Shown: positions 1 to 9,007 of the stretch, piece by piece | How the letters are laid out: every line of letters starts with the position of its first letter | Position numbering within the stretch: the first letter of the stretch is position 1 | Assembly: GCA_023246145.1 (NCBI GenBank) | Contig: JAHFIZ010000001.1 | Span: 1 to 36,869 of the forward strand | DNA length: 36,869 nucleotides | DNA from: Candidatus Uhrbacteria bacterium | Lineage (GTDB): Bacteria > Patescibacteriota > Patescibacteriia > UBA9934 | Reading direction: 5' to 3' | The notes under the pieces: model-generated | Seen by the model: only the letters and a program-made list of their open reading frames with translations | Told to the model about the DNA's origin: nothing | The model's database searches: none | Made by a program: the position numbers and the translations under genes

Positions 1-3000
1 AATTCGGCAACGGTCGCAATCAATTCCTCCGATTGGGATATTAATGCAACAGGAGATGCTACGGGAATTGGTGCGCTCACGATGGACGGAGCTTTTAGTC
101 AGACCGGAGCAACGACTTTTAGTACCGGAACAAGTACGGTTTCTTTGAACGGTGCTACCACGGTGGCTAACGGAAATATTTTCACCGCAAACGGTGGGCT
201 TGTGCTTGGTGACGGCGGAGATACAGCGGCAATCAACTCCTCCGACTGGGGCATTTCTACTACGGGTGCTCTGACGAACATCGCTTCCTACGCCGCAAAT
301 GACAACCAGTCCACGCTTGTTACAAACATTGGCGTAACTGGCACGGACGCTATTACCCATACCATTGATTTCCAAATTGACGGCACATCTCAGCTGTCCA
401 TTGCGGCTGACGGTGATGGCGCAGGGGGAGCAAACACTCCTGTTTTGACCATTGCGAGCCGTGTAGTCATAAATAATGACGCCGGAACAAACCAGACGTC
501 TCTTGGTACTGGCTCAACCACGGGTACGATCACTCTTGGTGGAACGGGGGCGCAGACTATTAATATTGGCACAGGGGCCGCGGCAAAGACGGTGACCATC
601 GGCTCGGCAAACACCACTTCAACCACCACCATCCGTGCCGGATCAGGTGGCCTTAACCTGACACCAACGGGCGCTGCGAACATCAACGTGAACAATAACC
701 AGGTTACGAACATTAATACGGGTACATCGAATACTCTCGTGTCCATCGGTGGTGGCAGCGGAACATTGGCCATCGATACGACCGTTTTTGATGTCACGGC
801 GGCCGGACTTTTGACTACCTCAGATGACATCGCCATTAACGGCGGTGACCTCACCTCCACTTCCTCAACATTTAATCTTCTTGATGCTGCTAGCAATTCA
901 ACTACCATTGAAATTGGTGGTGTGACGACAGACCTGGGAAATACGGTATCCATAGCTACAAACGCCACAACAGCTGATACGATCGCGATTGGTAATACGA
1001 CCGCCACCACTACGCTCGCCTTGAACTCTGGCACCTGGAACATGGCTTCCGGAGGCGTTTTAACCATGACGGCCACAAGTGCTCAGACCGTAGCCCTTGT
1101 GGTGACGGATACGGATTACACAACTGCCCTCTCCGTTGGAGATAACAATATTGCAGGCACCACCTTCTCTCTTATTGGCACTACCGCCACCATCAACTTT
1201 GATAACTTTGACGTTTCTTCTGCGGGTGCCGTTACTGTTGCCGGAGGACAGGGTATTGATACCAACGGCGCCGGCGCTCTGGCACTTGGCAATGTGAACT
1301 CCACGTCCGTTTCTATCTGTAACTCTGCCAACTGTGACTCCATTACACTCGGCACGAACACTGATGCGGACACCATCGCGATCGGCGACAGCTCGAATCT
1401 GGATACCGTTTCGTTGAACAGCGCCAACTGGCAACTGGCTACCACCGGAAATCTCAACTCAAACGGGGATATTATTTTCAGTGGGTCCGCGACGTTTGGT
1501 GATACCACCGGCACCGATCAGATCATTGTTACAAGTGGTGCTACGACAGGTGATGGCTTGCGTGTAAATATGAATGCAATCACTTCAGGAAATGGAGCCA
1601 TATTCCTTCGTGGAGATACGGCGGGAACTTTTTCCGGAAATGTTGTTGATATTGAAAATAATGAATCAACAGGAACTGGCACAGCACTTAATGTTATTGG
1701 ATCAGCAGCCGGGACAATTCTCAACGTTTCAAACACGGGAACAGGGTCTGGCATTTATGTCACCATGTCAACGGTCAGTAATGCAACTACTGCTCCAAAC
1801 AGACAAGGGCTCGTGATAGATGTTAATGAAAGTACAAACGCGGATGAAGTCATTTTGATTCGTTCGGATGCTGATAATAATGGCAGCGGAGTCGATACCG
1901 AGTTCCGTTTTGATAACCAAGGAGATGCCTTCGCTGATGGATCTTGGACTGGTAGCGGAGCTGACTTCGCCGAATACTTCTTGACATCGGACAGTTCCCT
2001 TGCGGCCGGGATGGTTGCTTGTCGGGATGCATCTCTCTCTAACAGCGTAAGGCGTTGTGTTGCGGGGGATGCGGCTGCGATGGGGGTCATTTCTGCTGCA
2101 GCAGGTTTTGTTGGTAATGCAGGCGGGGCAGAGGACGAACATGCAACTGATCCAAATTACCGCGTTGTTGGTCTCGTAGGACAAATTGATACCTTGGCTA
2201 GTGCAGCTGATGGGGCCATTGCTATTGGTGATGCGCTTTCGGCTTCATCGGTAACCACGGGGTACGCTGGAAAGGCGCGTGGACCAGGGAGCATCATTGG
2301 TTTTGCACTTGAGCCGATTGCCGCAGGCACCGGAACCATTAAGGTCTTGGTCCAGCCGCAGTGGTACGGTGGAGATATTCTTGGTCGTGATGGTAACGCG
2401 CTTGCAATTGCGGGTGGTGTAAAACTTTCAGCGCTCGCAAACGCTACAGCAAGCACGCCGGCGGTTGATTCAAACGCACTTAGCTTGGTTGGTTCCGCCT
2501 GGAACGGTGTTTCCGCGGAGAAGGTGGGCTTGAGTCTTGAGACCAAGGTCAATTCGGCAAGTGATTATCACCTCGCCATTCAAAATCAAGCTGGCGCAGA
2601 GGTGGCTTCATTCAATCAGGCTGGGGATTTGGCTATTTCTGGAAAATTCTATCCGTCAGACAGGGGAGTGGCCCAAGATTCGGCTTACATCTATTACGAT
2701 AGCTCGGCTGGTCCTGGCTACATGAAGACAAACGCTGCCGGTTGGAGCGTGGGTTCTTATGACTTTGCTGAAATGTTCCCTTCAAGCGATGCGCTTGCTG
2801 CAGGAGAAGTGGTCACATTCGGTGCTAACCCTCAATCAGTGGCCCGATCATCTGGTACGGCGTATGACAACAAAATCGCCGGTGTTGTTTCCACACGTCC
2901 AGGCTTCTTAGCTGGTGATTACAAGGCAGGCAGTTATCCGATCGCGCTCGCCGGCCGTGTGCCTACCAAGGTGAGTGCGGAAAACGGTGCTATTGCAGTA

Positions 3001-3966
3001 GGCGACCCGCTGACCACGTCTTCAAGGGCCGGTTACGCCATGAAGGCTACTAAAGCCGGTCAGATTCTGGGTTATGCCATGGAGCCAATGACTGGTGGGG
3101 ATGGTGTGATCACCGCTTTTATCCGCGCCTCCTATTATGCAGGGAACGGAACTGACGCTTCGCTGCCTAACACGGCCATTTCCGGACTTGGTACATCAAG
3201 CTTCGCCTCGCTCGACGTTACGGGGACACTCAATATGAGTGGCGGCAACATTCTTTCCATCGGTTCACTTGAAGGCGCGGGGGGAGCCTGGAAGATTACA
3301 CAAAATGGTGACTTCACCACTCGTGGAGAAATTGTGAAAAAGATCGCTTCCTATCAGGGCGATCTGGTGGACGCTTTCGCTGTAACTTCACGCCAGGTTA
3401 CTGTTCAGCTTTCTGGCACAACTATGCTCTCTAGTGGTCTAGCCGAAGTGAAGTTTGAGGATATTGACCCACGTTTCAATGACATTATTTCTACCAACAC
3501 TTCATATCGTGTTTTCCTGACGCCGTCTGGCATCACGGGCCAACTTTCTGCTGCTGACCGTTCAAACGAAGGCTTTACTATTCGTGATGCGGGCAATTCA
3601 AATGCAATTGCCGTTGACTGGCTGGTTATTGCGTATGAAAAGGATCACGAGCCTGTTGCGGTTGCACCGGATTCATCTCCTGTTGAGCAGCCGGTTGAAG
3701 AGCAAGATCCTGTAGCCTCAGACATTGTGGCTGATAATGGTGTGGAGACCCCACCAGAAGTCCCCACAGGAGAAGTAGCGGGGGAGTCTGATACCACCCC
3801 GCCGGTGGATGGAGATGTACCGCCGGTAGTTATTGATCCTCTGATTACAGATCCTGTTGTAGATCCAGCCGGTGAACCGGTCGTCTCTGATGCGCCTGTA
3901 GACGAATCGCTTTCCACTCCAATACAATCTGAGATAATGCCTCCTGCCGAGGCAGTAAATCCGTAA
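1..3966 (+). CDS. Giant repetitive secreted/cell-surface protein, 5' end outside window
   Basis: The frame of ORF 82..3966 stays open back to base 1 (NSATVAINSSDWDINATGDATG...). That stretch is a copy of the later AAINSSDWGISTTGALT motif, so the ATG at 82 is internal. The protein has G/T/A/N/S-rich degenerate repeats, two tandem C-terminal modules (GADFAEYF... and SYDFAEMF...) and a P/V/D/E-rich tail. No family assignment is possible by eye. Confidence 0.6.
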   Translation, partial: NSATVAINSSDWDINATGDATGIGALTMDGAFSQTGATTFSTGTSTVSLNGATTVANGNIFTANGGLVLGDGGDTAAINSSDWGISTTGALTNIASYAANDNQSTLVTNIGVTGTDAITHTIDFQIDGTSQLSIAADGDGAGGANTPVLTIASRVVINNDAGTNQTSLGTGSTTGTITLGGTGAQTINIGTGAAAKTVTIGSANTTSTTTIRAGSGGLNLTPTGAANINVNNNQVTNINTGTSNTLVSIGGGSGTLAIDTTVFDVTAAGLLTTSDDIAINGGDLTSTSSTFNLLDAASNSTTIEIGGVTTDLGNTVSIATNATTADTIAIGNTTATTTLALNSGTWNMASGGVLTMTATSAQTVALVVTDTDYTTALSVGDNNIAGTTFSLIGTTATINFDNFDVSSAGAVTVAGGQGIDTNGAGALALGNVNSTSVSICNSANCDSITLGTNTDADTIAIGDSSNLDTVSLNSANWQLATTGNLNSNGDIIFSGSATFGDTTGTDQIIVTSGATTGDGLRVNMNAITSGNGAIFLRGDTAGTFSGNVVDIENNESTGTGTALNVIGSAAGTILNVSNTGTGSGIYVTMSTVSNATTAPNRQGLVIDVNESTNADEVILIRSDADNNGSGVDTEFRFDNQGDAFADGSWTGSGADFAEYFLTSDSSLAAGMVACRDASLSNSVRRCVAGDAAAMGVISAAAGFVGNAGGAEDEHATDPNYRVVGLVGQIDTLASAADGAIAIGDALSASSVTTGYAGKARGPGSIIGFALEPIAAGTGTIKVLVQPQWYGGDILGRDGNALAIAGGVKLSALANATASTPAVDSNALSLVGSAWNGVSAEKVGLSLETKVNSASDYHLAIQNQAGAEVASFNQAGDLAISGKFYPSDRGVAQDSAYIYYDSSAGPGYMKTNAAGWSVGSYDFAEMFPSSDALAAGEVVTFGANPQSVARSSGTAYDNKIAGVVSTRPGFLAGDYKAGSYPIALAGRVPTKVSAENGAIAVGDPLTTSSRAGYAMKATKAGQILGYAMEPMTGGDGVITAFIRASYYAGNGTDASLPNTAISGLGTSSFASLDVTGTLNMSGGNILSIGSLEGAGGAWKITQNGDFTTRGEIVKKIASYQGDLVDAFAVTSRQVTVQLSGTTMLSSGLAEVKFEDIDPRFNDIISTNTSYRVFLTPSGITGQLSAADRSNEGFTIRDAGNSNAIAVDWLVIAYEKDHEPVAVAPDSSPVEQPVEEQDPVASDIVADNGVETPPEVPTGEVAGESDTTPPVDGDVPPVVIDPLITDPVVDPAGEPVVSDAPVDESLSTPIQSEIMPPAEAVNP

Positions 3967-3973
3967 TTTCTTT

Positions 3974-6382
3974 ATGACCATTTCTCCGGGACGAGCACTG
4001 TCTGTTCTAGCGCGCTATTCACTGTCTGCGCTCATATTCCTCATCCCGATCGTAGCGTTGCCCTGGACTACGGATGTGCTTGATTTCAATAAGTACCTGA
4101 TACTTGTTGTTCTCGGTACTATTTGTGCGCTTTCCTGGATTGGTGGCATGGTGGCTGAGCGGTCAGTGCAAATGAAAACGCACTGGTTTTTCTTGATCCC
4201 GCTTCTTTTCATTATTGCTACTGGGCTTTCCAGTGCTTTTTCCTTGGCTCCCTATACGAGCTGGCTTGGCGGAGGATCTCAGGACTACACAGCATTTCTT
4301 GGGACACTGCTCCTTGGGATAGTTTTTGTAGCGGCCAGCAATCTCCTTACGGAGGCGGCTGTGCGCCGCCAGGCGGTGAGTGCGCTTCTTCTCTCCGGTG
4401 GCATTTTAGGAATTTTTGTCATCCTTTCCTTCCTTGGCCTCCCGCTTGGCCTCCTTTCTAACACTGTTGGCGTGCCTACCGCTCTTGCACTGTTTTTCCT
4501 CGTGATGGCTATCCTTGGAAACGGTACGTGGCTTGTTACAGGGGAGAAGGACGCTCAGCCTTTTTTGCCAGAGGGAGCCATGGGTATTGCTGTTCGGGTA
4601 GCTATTGTGATCACGAGCATCACGAGCTTATTGCTTCTCCTCTCTATTGATAGCTTGTTCCTTTGGATCGTGACCTTTGCCGGGCTTGTTCCGCTTTTTG
4701 CCTTTGTGCTCGCCCTGCCAAAAGATTTTCCTCAGCCGTTAAAATTTGTTTTCCCACTCCTTCTTCTTGTTGCCGCACTTATCTTCACCTTCCTTCCTTC
4801 GGTTATTAAGAACCCCTATCCGCTCGAGGTTGCACCGAGCATGGGCACTACGGTAGAGCTCGTAAAGGATGCCTGGAAAGATCACTCGCTCGTTTTTGGT
4901 TCAGGACCGGGGACTTTTAGTAACGTGTACACCAAGTTTGCTCCACAGAGCGTCAACCAGACCATTTTCTGGGATACGCGTTTTGACCGCGGCGCAAGCC
5001 ACGTACTCACACTTTTTGCAACCCATGGTCTTTTGGGCGGAGCTATTTTCATCGTCTTCCTATCAGCTCTTCTTCTTTATTCCGTACATTATCTTCTTCG
5101 TTCACGCGTCCACGGCGGCTGGAGATGGATGTATGGTCCGTTTGCAGCTTGGATTGTCCTTGCGCTTGGTGCGTTCTTCTTCCCGGAGAACATGACCTTA
5201 GCGTTTGTGCTCGTTATTTTGTCTGCACTTCTGGCCGCACAAATGACGCCGCTCGCCAAAGACATTGCCTTTGCTAAATCTCCTAGACTGGCACTCGTTT
5301 CTGCCTTTGGCTTCATGCTTGTAGGTGTTTTGATGCTCATGGTGCTTTTTGTGAGCATCTCGCGCTACAGTGCGGACATTGTCTTTGCTCAGGCGGTGGC
5401 CGAAGGTTCCGATGCTAATAATTTGGATGCCATCATTACGCACCTGAATAAAGCCGCCACCCAAAACCGTTGGAGTGATCTGTACTTCCGAAATCTTGGA
5501 AACGCACTTCTCATGAAGACGGCGGCGGTGGCTAATGACAAAAATGCCGATCCGAAAACGGTTCAGAGCTATGTGGCAGCCGCCATTAACTCCGGTCTTG
5601 AAGCCACAAATTTGGCACCAAATACGGTCATGAACTGGGAGCTGCGCGGAACGCTCTACAGGGAACTTTCACCGCTCGTGCAGAACGCGAATGACTTTGC
5701 GATTGCTTCCTTCAGACGGGCGATTGAGCTCGCTCCTATGAATCCACGTTATGAGGTGGGTCTTGCTCGTACCTATATTGTCAGAGCCGATCTCCTGCGC
5801 ACACTTATTGAGGGCGATGATAAGGACCTAGCCAAGCAGGCTACTGATGCCAAGGTGGCAGCACTTCAGAGCGCCAAGGAGGCGCTTGATAAGGCGCTTG
5901 AACTGAAGAGCGATTACACGCCGGCTAGTTATTACACCGCGTTCGTTTCTGAACGGCAGGGGGATTTGGCTCTGGCGGTTAAAAACATGGAGCTTGTGAA
6001 GGCTACCAATCCAAGTGACGTAGGCGTGGGCATTCAGCTCGGCCTTCTCTACTTGAGACAAGGGAAAAATGATCTGGCGCAGGCGGAACTTGAACGCGTG
6101 CTCTCTATCTCGCCAAACTTTGCGAATGCTCGCTGGTACCTTTCCGTGATTTATGAAGACAAGGGAGAAAAGGATAAGGCTATCCATGAGCTTGAAGAGA
6201 TTCAAAAAACCAATCCAGATGACACCGCAGTACAGCAGAGACTTGATAGGCTGAAGCACGGCCAGTCTGCTCCGGTAAATGAGATTCCTGAACCTTTGAC
6301 GGAAGGAACTCCGCCTACAGATGCCGGAACCACGCCGCCAGTTGCGCCTACTACACCTTCATCACCAGTTGTTACTCCGTAA
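3974..6382 (+). CDS. Polytopic membrane protein, O-antigen ligase (Wzy_C)-like core with C-terminal TPR repeats
   Basis: There are many hydrophobic helices in the first ~460 aa. An O-antigen-ligase-like motif ASHVLTLFATHGLLGG (H..L....G..G pattern) is present. The C-terminal ~300 aa contain TPR-like repeats (AIASFRRAIELAPMNPRY, LGLLYLRQGKNDLAQAELERVLSISPNFANARWYLSVIY) followed by a Pro/Thr tail. Confidence 0.6.
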   Translation: MTISPGRALSVLARYSLSALIFLIPIVALPWTTDVLDFNKYLILVVLGTICALSWIGGMVAERSVQMKTHWFFLIPLLFIIATGLSSAFSLAPYTSWLGGGSQDYTAFLGTLLLGIVFVAASNLLTEAAVRRQAVSALLLSGGILGIFVILSFLGLPLGLLSNTVGVPTALALFFLVMAILGNGTWLVTGEKDAQPFLPEGAMGIAVRVAIVITSITSLLLLLSIDSLFLWIVTFAGLVPLFAFVLALPKDFPQPLKFVFPLLLLVAALIFTFLPSVIKNPYPLEVAPSMGTTVELVKDAWKDHSLVFGSGPGTFSNVYTKFAPQSVNQTIFWDTRFDRGASHVLTLFATHGLLGGAIFIVFLSALLLYSVHYLLRSRVHGGWRWMYGPFAAWIVLALGAFFFPENMTLAFVLVILSALLAAQMTPLAKDIAFAKSPRLALVSAFGFMLVGVLMLMVLFVSISRYSADIVFAQAVAEGSDANNLDAIITHLNKAATQNRWSDLYFRNLGNALLMKTAAVANDKNADPKTVQSYVAAAINSGLEATNLAPNTVMNWELRGTLYRELSPLVQNANDFAIASFRRAIELAPMNPRYEVGLARTYIVRADLLRTLIEGDDKDLAKQATDAKVAALQSAKEALDKALELKSDYTPASYYTAFVSERQGDLALAVKNMELVKATNPSDVGVGIQLGLLYLRQGKNDLAQAELERVLSISPNFANARWYLSVIYEDKGEKDKAIHELEEIQKTNPDDTAVQQRLDRLKHGQSAPVNEIPEPLTEGTPPTDAGTTPPVAPTTPSSPVVTP

Positions 6383-6387
6383 AATGC

Positions 6388-6420
6388 ATAAGCCCGCCTT
6401 CCACGTGGAGGCGGGCTTTC
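6388..6420. terminator. Bidirectional hairpin between convergent genes
   Basis: AGCCCGCCT (6391-6399) pairs with AGGCGGGCT (6409-6417). The hairpin is flanked by an A-rich 5' side and TTTC on the 3' side. A second hairpin (AGTCCC/GGGACT with inner GTCAGC/GCTGAC) follows at 6422-6454. Confidence 0.5.
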
Positions 6421-6452
6421 GAGTCCCAGTGTCAGCCGTTGCTGACGGGGGA

Positions 6453-7670
6453 CTACTTTTTCTTTTTGTGTTTCACCATGTCGTACACGGTGAAGCCGAT
6501 GCTCACCGCCGCACATCCGCCAGCCGCCCACGCCGTCCCTCCAAACGTGTCGATCTTGTCTGAGTAGGCGTTGTACTGATCCACCGTGGTCGACCCTTTC
6601 TGGTCTTCCATAGCTTTGGAGTACAGACCCACACTGACGGCGCTCGTAGCCGCGCAGGTTGCGCCTATCCCGATGCCAATCGGGGTGACCCACCTCCGGC
6701 GCGCCTGTTTGGGGATGATCACCGGATCCGGGATTTTCACCACCGGATCAGGCACGTCCGGCACCTTCACGGGCACCGTCTTGGACCCCGCGGCATCCAC
6801 GAACTTCAGGTAGTGATCCAAGTTGTCCCCGAAGTGTACGGGGACAGACAGGCGGTTCACGTCACCGGCGCTCTGTTTGCGCAAGCCCGTTACGAACCCG
6901 TTCAGGGTGATCTCCCCCTGATTGCTGTAGAGGGTGTCGATCAGGCGGTCGGCGAAGTGGTTCGGCCACACTTCGTCTGAGCTGCCCGTAGCCGAGATGA
7001 TGGTGGCGTTATCATCTTTCTTCCAATCGTCGGCCGTTACAGGTAGTGATGAGACATGCCAGTAACCTTTCGAAAGAATTACTGGCCGCGCTACATCAAG
7101 CACCACAGTCAGTCGCACGGTCAGCCGGTCCGTGTCTTCCGGACTCTGCGGGCGGTCGGTCTGGAGAAGTCGCGCAGAAAGTTCATCGATCCCGATCGTA
7201 GTGGCACCGAGCCGCGCAAAAGGATCTTCGCCGCTGCTCATGTCGAGGTCGCTGCAGACCAAGCGGCTGCCTTTTGGACCAACCGATGCGTGCAGCTTTC
7301 CTGCCGCATCCTTTGCGGTGTGGTTTGGATCTTTAACGCTATAGCCATACCAGATCAGGATACGGTGCTTCTTTTTTCCAGGGGCGATCCGCTTCATGAT
7401 GTTGTTACAGGTGGTTTCCTCCTCCGTCGTGAGGAGGACCACTTCACCCACGCGCCCCCGAATAGCGTTCGCTGTTCGGACTGCTCGGTCGTAGGGCGGT
7501 TCCTCGCTCGAATAATCGAGCTCGATCTGTTTTTCTTGCTTCCCCGAGAAGTGGCCCACCCCCACCACGTAGGCGATGGAATCATCATCGTTGCCTTGCG
7601 GCTCATCCGCCAGGGCGACGGAAGAGGAGAAGAGGACGATGGCGAGAGACGCCGTGATGGAGTTGAACAT
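6453..7670 (-). CDS. Secreted protein with C-terminal double membrane anchor; function unknown (weak caspase-like layout without catalytic dyad)
   Basis: A signal peptide is present (MFNSITASLAIVLFSSSVALA/DE). Two C-terminal hydrophobic segments (VTPIGIGIGATCAATSAVSVGLY and TAWAAGGCAAVSIGFTVYDMV) are followed by a KHKKKK tail. Codons are visibly G/C-ending compared with the neighbours. The gene has its own promoter-like site. Confidence 0.55.
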   Translation of the reverse strand: MFNSITASLAIVLFSSSVALADEPQGNDDDSIAYVVGVGHFSGKQEKQIELDYSSEEPPYDRAVRTANAIRGRVGEVVLLTTEEETTCNNIMKRIAPGKKKHRILIWYGYSVKDPNHTAKDAAGKLHASVGPKGSRLVCSDLDMSSGEDPFARLGATTIGIDELSARLLQTDRPQSPEDTDRLTVRLTVVLDVARPVILSKGYWHVSSLPVTADDWKKDDNATIISATGSSDEVWPNHFADRLIDTLYSNQGEITLNGFVTGLRKQSAGDVNRLSVPVHFGDNLDHYLKFVDAAGSKTVPVKVPDVPDPVVKIPDPVIIPKQARRRWVTPIGIGIGATCAATSAVSVGLYSKAMEDQKGSTTVDQYNAYSDKIDTFGGTAWAAGGCAAVSIGFTVYDMVKHKKKK

Positions 7671-7725
7671 TGTGTACCTCTGAAAAGGACGTTGGATGGT
7701 TTCTCCGACAGCCGGAGAACATCAC

Positions 7726-7754
7726 AAAGTAGCCTGAATTTTGAGAAAAGTCAA
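7726..7754 (-). promoter_or_regulatory. Sigma70-like promoter for the 6453..7670 gene
   Basis: On the minus strand the site reads TTGACT-17 nt-TACTTT (plus-strand agtcaa 7749-7754 and aaagta 7726-7731). It lies ~55 nt upstream of the ATG. Confidence 0.4.
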
Positions 7755-7762
7755 TCTAAGAA

Positions 7763-7882
7763 GGGGGTAGAGGGGGTAAAAGAGGTAGAGGGGGTTCCCG
7801 AAATATTGAAGGAAAGCAGAAAATCGTTTATTCTCCGATTCTCAGATACCCCTTCAACCCCCTCCTACCCCATCTACCCCCT
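7763..7882. repeat. Inverted repeat of G5/C5-tract arms in the divergent promoter region
   Basis: The plus-strand arm is GGGGGTAGAGGGGGTA...GAGGGGGTT (7763-7796). The reverse complement of 7849-7882 reads AGGGGGTAGATGGGGTAGGAGGGGGTTGAAGGGG. C tracts lie at 7849-7852, 7858-7862, 7868-7871 and 7877-7881. Confidence 0.6.
7806..7834 (+). promoter_or_regulatory. Sigma70-like promoter for ychF
   Basis: The site reads TTGAAG (7806-7811)-17 nt-TATTCT (7829-7834). It predicts a C-rich ~40-nt leader with no purine-rich SD before the ATG at 7883. Confidence 0.45.
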
Positions 7883-8959
7883 ATGCTAAACGTCGGAATC
7901 GTTGGCTTACCAAACGTAGGCAAATCTACCCTTTTTACCGCTATCACCAAAAAACAGGTGGATTGCGCTAATTTTCCCTTTTGTACCATTGAGCCAAACG
8001 TAGGCGTGGTTGAAGTTCCGGATGAGCGTCTCAAGGTTTTGAGCGCTTTATCCGGTTCTGAGAAGCTTATTCCCGCAGCTATTGAATTTGTAGATATTGC
8101 CGGTCTCGTAAAGGGCGCTCATAAAGGAGAGGGACTCGGCAACAAATTCCTCGCCAACATTCGTGAAGTGGACATGATTGCACACGTGGTTCGTGATTTT
8201 AAAAATGATGACATCGTCCATGTTGACGGGTCCATCGACGCGAAGCGAGACGTGGAAGTTATTGAGCTCGAGCTCTGTATGGCTGACCACGCCACGGTCG
8301 AAAAGCTGCTTTCAAATGTTGAGACCAAAATGAAGGGCGGAAAGAATGCTGATCTTGCACCTCAAGCATCGGCATTGAAGAAATGGTTTGACGCCCTTGC
8401 TAAAGGTACAATGGCGATTTCGGTTGAACTTACCGATGAAGAGCGCGAGGGGATTTCGACCATTCAACTTCTGACGAACAAACCAATTCTTTACGTCGTG
8501 AACGTAAATGAGGAAGACGCGAATAATCCAAATTGGGTTTCACCACTCGGACCAGATCGTTTAGCGGTTCCAATTTCGGTCAAGATCGAAGCAGAGCTCG
8601 CCGGTCTTCCTGATGCCGAGGCGAAAGATATGTTGGAAGCGCTTGGTATGAAGGAGTCGGGTCTCGATAAGGTAATAGGAAAGTGTTACGAGCTTCTTCA
8701 CCTGATCACGTATTTGACCACGGGTGAGAAAGAAACTCGTGCCTGGACTATTGAAAAGGGGATGAAGGCACCGCAGGCCGCTGGCGTCATTCACACGGAC
8801 TTTGAAAAGAATTTTATTCGTGCCGAAGTCATCTCCTATAACGATTTTGTGGAATTTGGGGGAGAATCCGGAGCTCGGGATAAGGGAAAACTTAGAGTGG
8901 AAGGAAAGGAATACGTGATGCAGGACGGAGATGTGTGTCACTTCCGCATTGGCGGATAA
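7883..8959 (+). CDS. ychF: Ribosome-binding ATPase YchF
   Basis: [18 protein letters not shown] is the P-loop and [17 protein letters not shown] is the G3 region. The C-terminal segment is YchF-type and TGS-like ([31 protein letters not shown]). Confidence 0.9.
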   Translation: MLNVGIVGLPNVGKSTLFTAITKKQVDCANFPFCTIEPNVGVVEVPDERLKVLSALSGSEKLIPAAIEFVDIAGLVKGAHKGEGLGNKFLANIREVDMIAHVVRDFKNDDIVHVDGSIDAKRDVEVIELELCMADHATVEKLLSNVETKMKGGKNADLAPQASALKKWFDALAKGTMAISVELTDEEREGISTIQLLTNKPILYVVNVNEEDANNPNWVSPLGPDRLAVPISVKIEAELAGLPDAEAKDMLEALGMKESGLDKVIGKCYELLHLITYLTTGEKETRAWTIEKGMKAPQAAGVIHTDFEKNFIRAEVISYNDFVEFGGESGARDKGKLRVEGKEYVMQDGDVCHFRIGG

Positions 8960-8969
8960 CAGGGCAATC

Positions 8970-9000
8970 AAAAAGCCGGATCCATGGGACCCGGCTTTTT
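8970..9000. terminator. Bidirectional rho-independent terminator
   Basis: AAAAA-GCCGGATCC-ATG-GGACCCGGC-TTTTT lies between convergent ychF and the methyltransferase gene. The stem is 9 positions with one A-C mismatch. Confidence 0.6.
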
Positions 9001-9007
9001 GCTGTGT

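Noticed and set aside
99-3981. Numerous 60-230-aa ORFs on the minus strand and in other frames inside the giant surface-protein gene
   Set aside because: They are low-complexity translations (V/P/A/S-rich) of a repetitive G/T/A/N-coding gene. They have no start signals, and the sense frame is continuous for 1,300+ codons.
7855-7865. Shared 11-mer CAACCCCCTCC at 7855-7865 and 11986-11996 as evidence of a dispersed repeat
   Set aside because: A single exact 11-mer match is expected many times by chance in a ~37-kb window (both strands). The flanks do not align convincingly.
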